The notes beneath the pieces are model-generated. The model saw only the letters and a program-made list of their open reading frames with translations, did no database searches and was not told the DNA's origin. From contig CDMY01000698.1 of NCBI GenBank assembly GCA_001179505.1, positions 186,001-250,000 of the forward strand: a stretch of 64,000 nucleotides of DNA, in the 5' to 3' direction. The DNA is from Vitrella brassicaformis CCMP3155. Its lineage: Eukaryota; Protista; Chromerida. The position numbers and the translations under genes are program-made. Shown piece by piece: positions 62,375-64,000 of the stretch (position 1 is its first letter; every line of letters begins with the position of its first letter).

Positions 62375-64000
62375 CTACTGATGGAATGCCTCGTAGGCGC
62401 GCTGTTCCTCCAGCTTCGCCAAATCGTCCGGAAAGACACACGGCGCGAACAGCGGATGGCGTCGAGGGTCGCCCATCCTCCCTGTGAACACGCACACACA
62501 TACACAGACACACATCGACAGACACGCACTTCCGCCTGTCCGTGTCTCTTGCTGTGCGTGCTGTGTGTCTCACTCACTCACCGTTTCCATCTGTCCTCTG
62601 TATGAAGTCGATCTTTATCTCATCGGTGAGGCACTGCCGCGTCACCGCGCGGAGGGTGCTCCTGGCTGTGGTGCTCCCCGGCACGTTCCAGAGCGCCTTC
62701 CTGCTGTAGAAGTCTTGAAGTCGCAGCCTCTCCCTCACCGCCGCAGGATCGTCGTAGACCTCTCGCAGTAAGGGAGTGAGGGATTCGCGAGGGGACCGAG
62801 CGAAGTCGGGGCCGTCGATCGCATAGGTGAAATTCCTACACAGATGCATTCATACGTAACATATATTGGCACACAATTAGTGTGTGCAAGACCCTGCTTC
62901 CTTCCTGTCCTCCTCCCTCACCCACTCGCCCACCCACTGACCTCCGCGGAATCTCACATTGGAACGGGACCCCAGTCTTGAACATCTCCTCTGTCTCTGT
63001 GATGAGCACGTTGAGAGTCCGCGTCCACAGCCCGTCGAACAACCGGTTGCTTGTCACATCGTCGCCCCGGAAGCAAAGATTGAGCTTTGAGTTGCCCAGC
63101 CGATGCAGAAACGTGGCCGCCGCATAGCGGCCACGATCTGTTCGCTTGTCACTCTGCCGACCAGCCCTTTTTTCTTTCTTCGGAGCCATCCGCCCACAGC
63201 ACCGCTCGAACTTGCCCATCTTTCCGCCGAAGACCTCCTTATTGATGCCGTCTTTGCGCGGACAGTAAGGAATTGACTCCCTTCGCTCCTTGCCGTCTGC
63301 GTCCAGCACTTGATAGGTCATGGGCTTGGACGAGGAGACCAGGACGTTGGAGCTTGTATTGGGCCTGAATCGCCAGCCAGCGAGGTGCTGCAGCCCCAGA
63401 CGGCGGTAGCGATATGCATGCCTTTTGTCCGCTTGACCTACATCGATGACGCAACACGAGACCACATGCATCCACATAAGAGAGGTCCATCCATCCCGCC
63501 CACTGCTCGCTCACCCTGAAAGAAAAGGTTGTAGTCTCTCGCGAACCAGTTTTGTCGCGACGGGGGGTCGAGTGCGGTGTCCAGCCGGTCGTCCTCGAAG
63601 ACATCCTCAGGGGAAATGAAGCCGCGCTCCAGCAGGATCTCCTTCTCAAAGGGCTCGTAGGCCTTCTGCATGTAGGTCATGGCAGAACTATACAGACAGA
63701 CACACACACACGCAAGTCACTCGATTCAATCACTCGTGCCACCCAGGCTGGCCTGTCTATCTGTCGACTCACGTGTGTGGCACGTTGACACCGCACTGCC
63801 ATGACCTGTTCTCTGCAGACAAACAGACAAGGGCACTTGATGCATGGCACAAACCGAATCCATCCATTGGCTACTTACTGTCCAATGTGAGGGTGCGGCC
63901 CCACGTGATGTTCCCGACAAAGGCATGAAAGGTCGATCCAAAAACCTTCTTCATGGATCCTCTCATTCGCCAGTCTGTCGCCTATGTGGCAGCCATACGC
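62375..64000 (-). CDS. Exostosin/GT47-family glycosyltransferase, 3' part (5' exons outside the window)
   Basis: Spliced ATDWRMRG...AFVGNITWGR|...SWQCGVNVPHT|SAMTYMQ...YNLFFQG|...FLHRLGNSKLNLCFRGDDVTSNRLFDGLWTRTLNVLIT...VPFQCEIPR|RNFTYAID...AFHQ*. SKLNLCFRGD..S.RLFD matches the GT47 SKFCL.P.GD...S.RLF[DE] motif. Confidence 0.75.

Noticed and set aside
848-63941. Many ORFs with MCVCVC, HTHTHT, RERERE or MDGWMD runs
   Set aside because: They are translations of intronic or intergenic (GT)n, (CA)n, (GA)n and (GGAT)n microsatellites.

Overview
Eukaryotic, GC-rich, intron-dense nuclear DNA. Introns are about 60-150 nt and filled with (GT)n/(CT)n/(GGAT)n/(GACA)n microsatellites; this style suggests a chromerid alveolate such as Vitrella brassicaformis (inference). 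The supplied ORF track is mostly exon fragments, antisense shadow ORFs and translated microsatellites, so I rebuilt genes by eye from GT-AG joins. Apparently intact genes: a secreted subtilisin (S8) with ~12 EGF and 2 Sushi domains (17338-22597 +), a large low-complexity protein ending in a DUF789-like domain (-), a RING-CH/MARCH-type E3 ligase (+), a secreted CAP/SCP protein (-), a small hypothetical (+), a TPX2-family protein (-) head-to-head with a candidate SHOC1/Zip2-like XPF-domain meiotic protein (+), an NhaC-family antiporter (-) and a partial exostosin/GT47 glycosyltransferase (-). The dominant structure is three copies of one ~7 kb multi-exon gene encoding two helical-repeat modules plus a split RING finger: copy A 1-2222 (-, partial), copy B ~10035-17060 (-) and copy C ~54621-61473 (+). 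B and C form a gene-sized inverted duplication ~37 kb apart. Every copy carries its own disabling lesions, and the copies look mosaic. Bases 2600-9400 hold several degenerate gene remnants. I found no rRNA, tRNA, CRISPR array or transposase. Exon coordinates and family calls come from reading and motif recall, not database searches.
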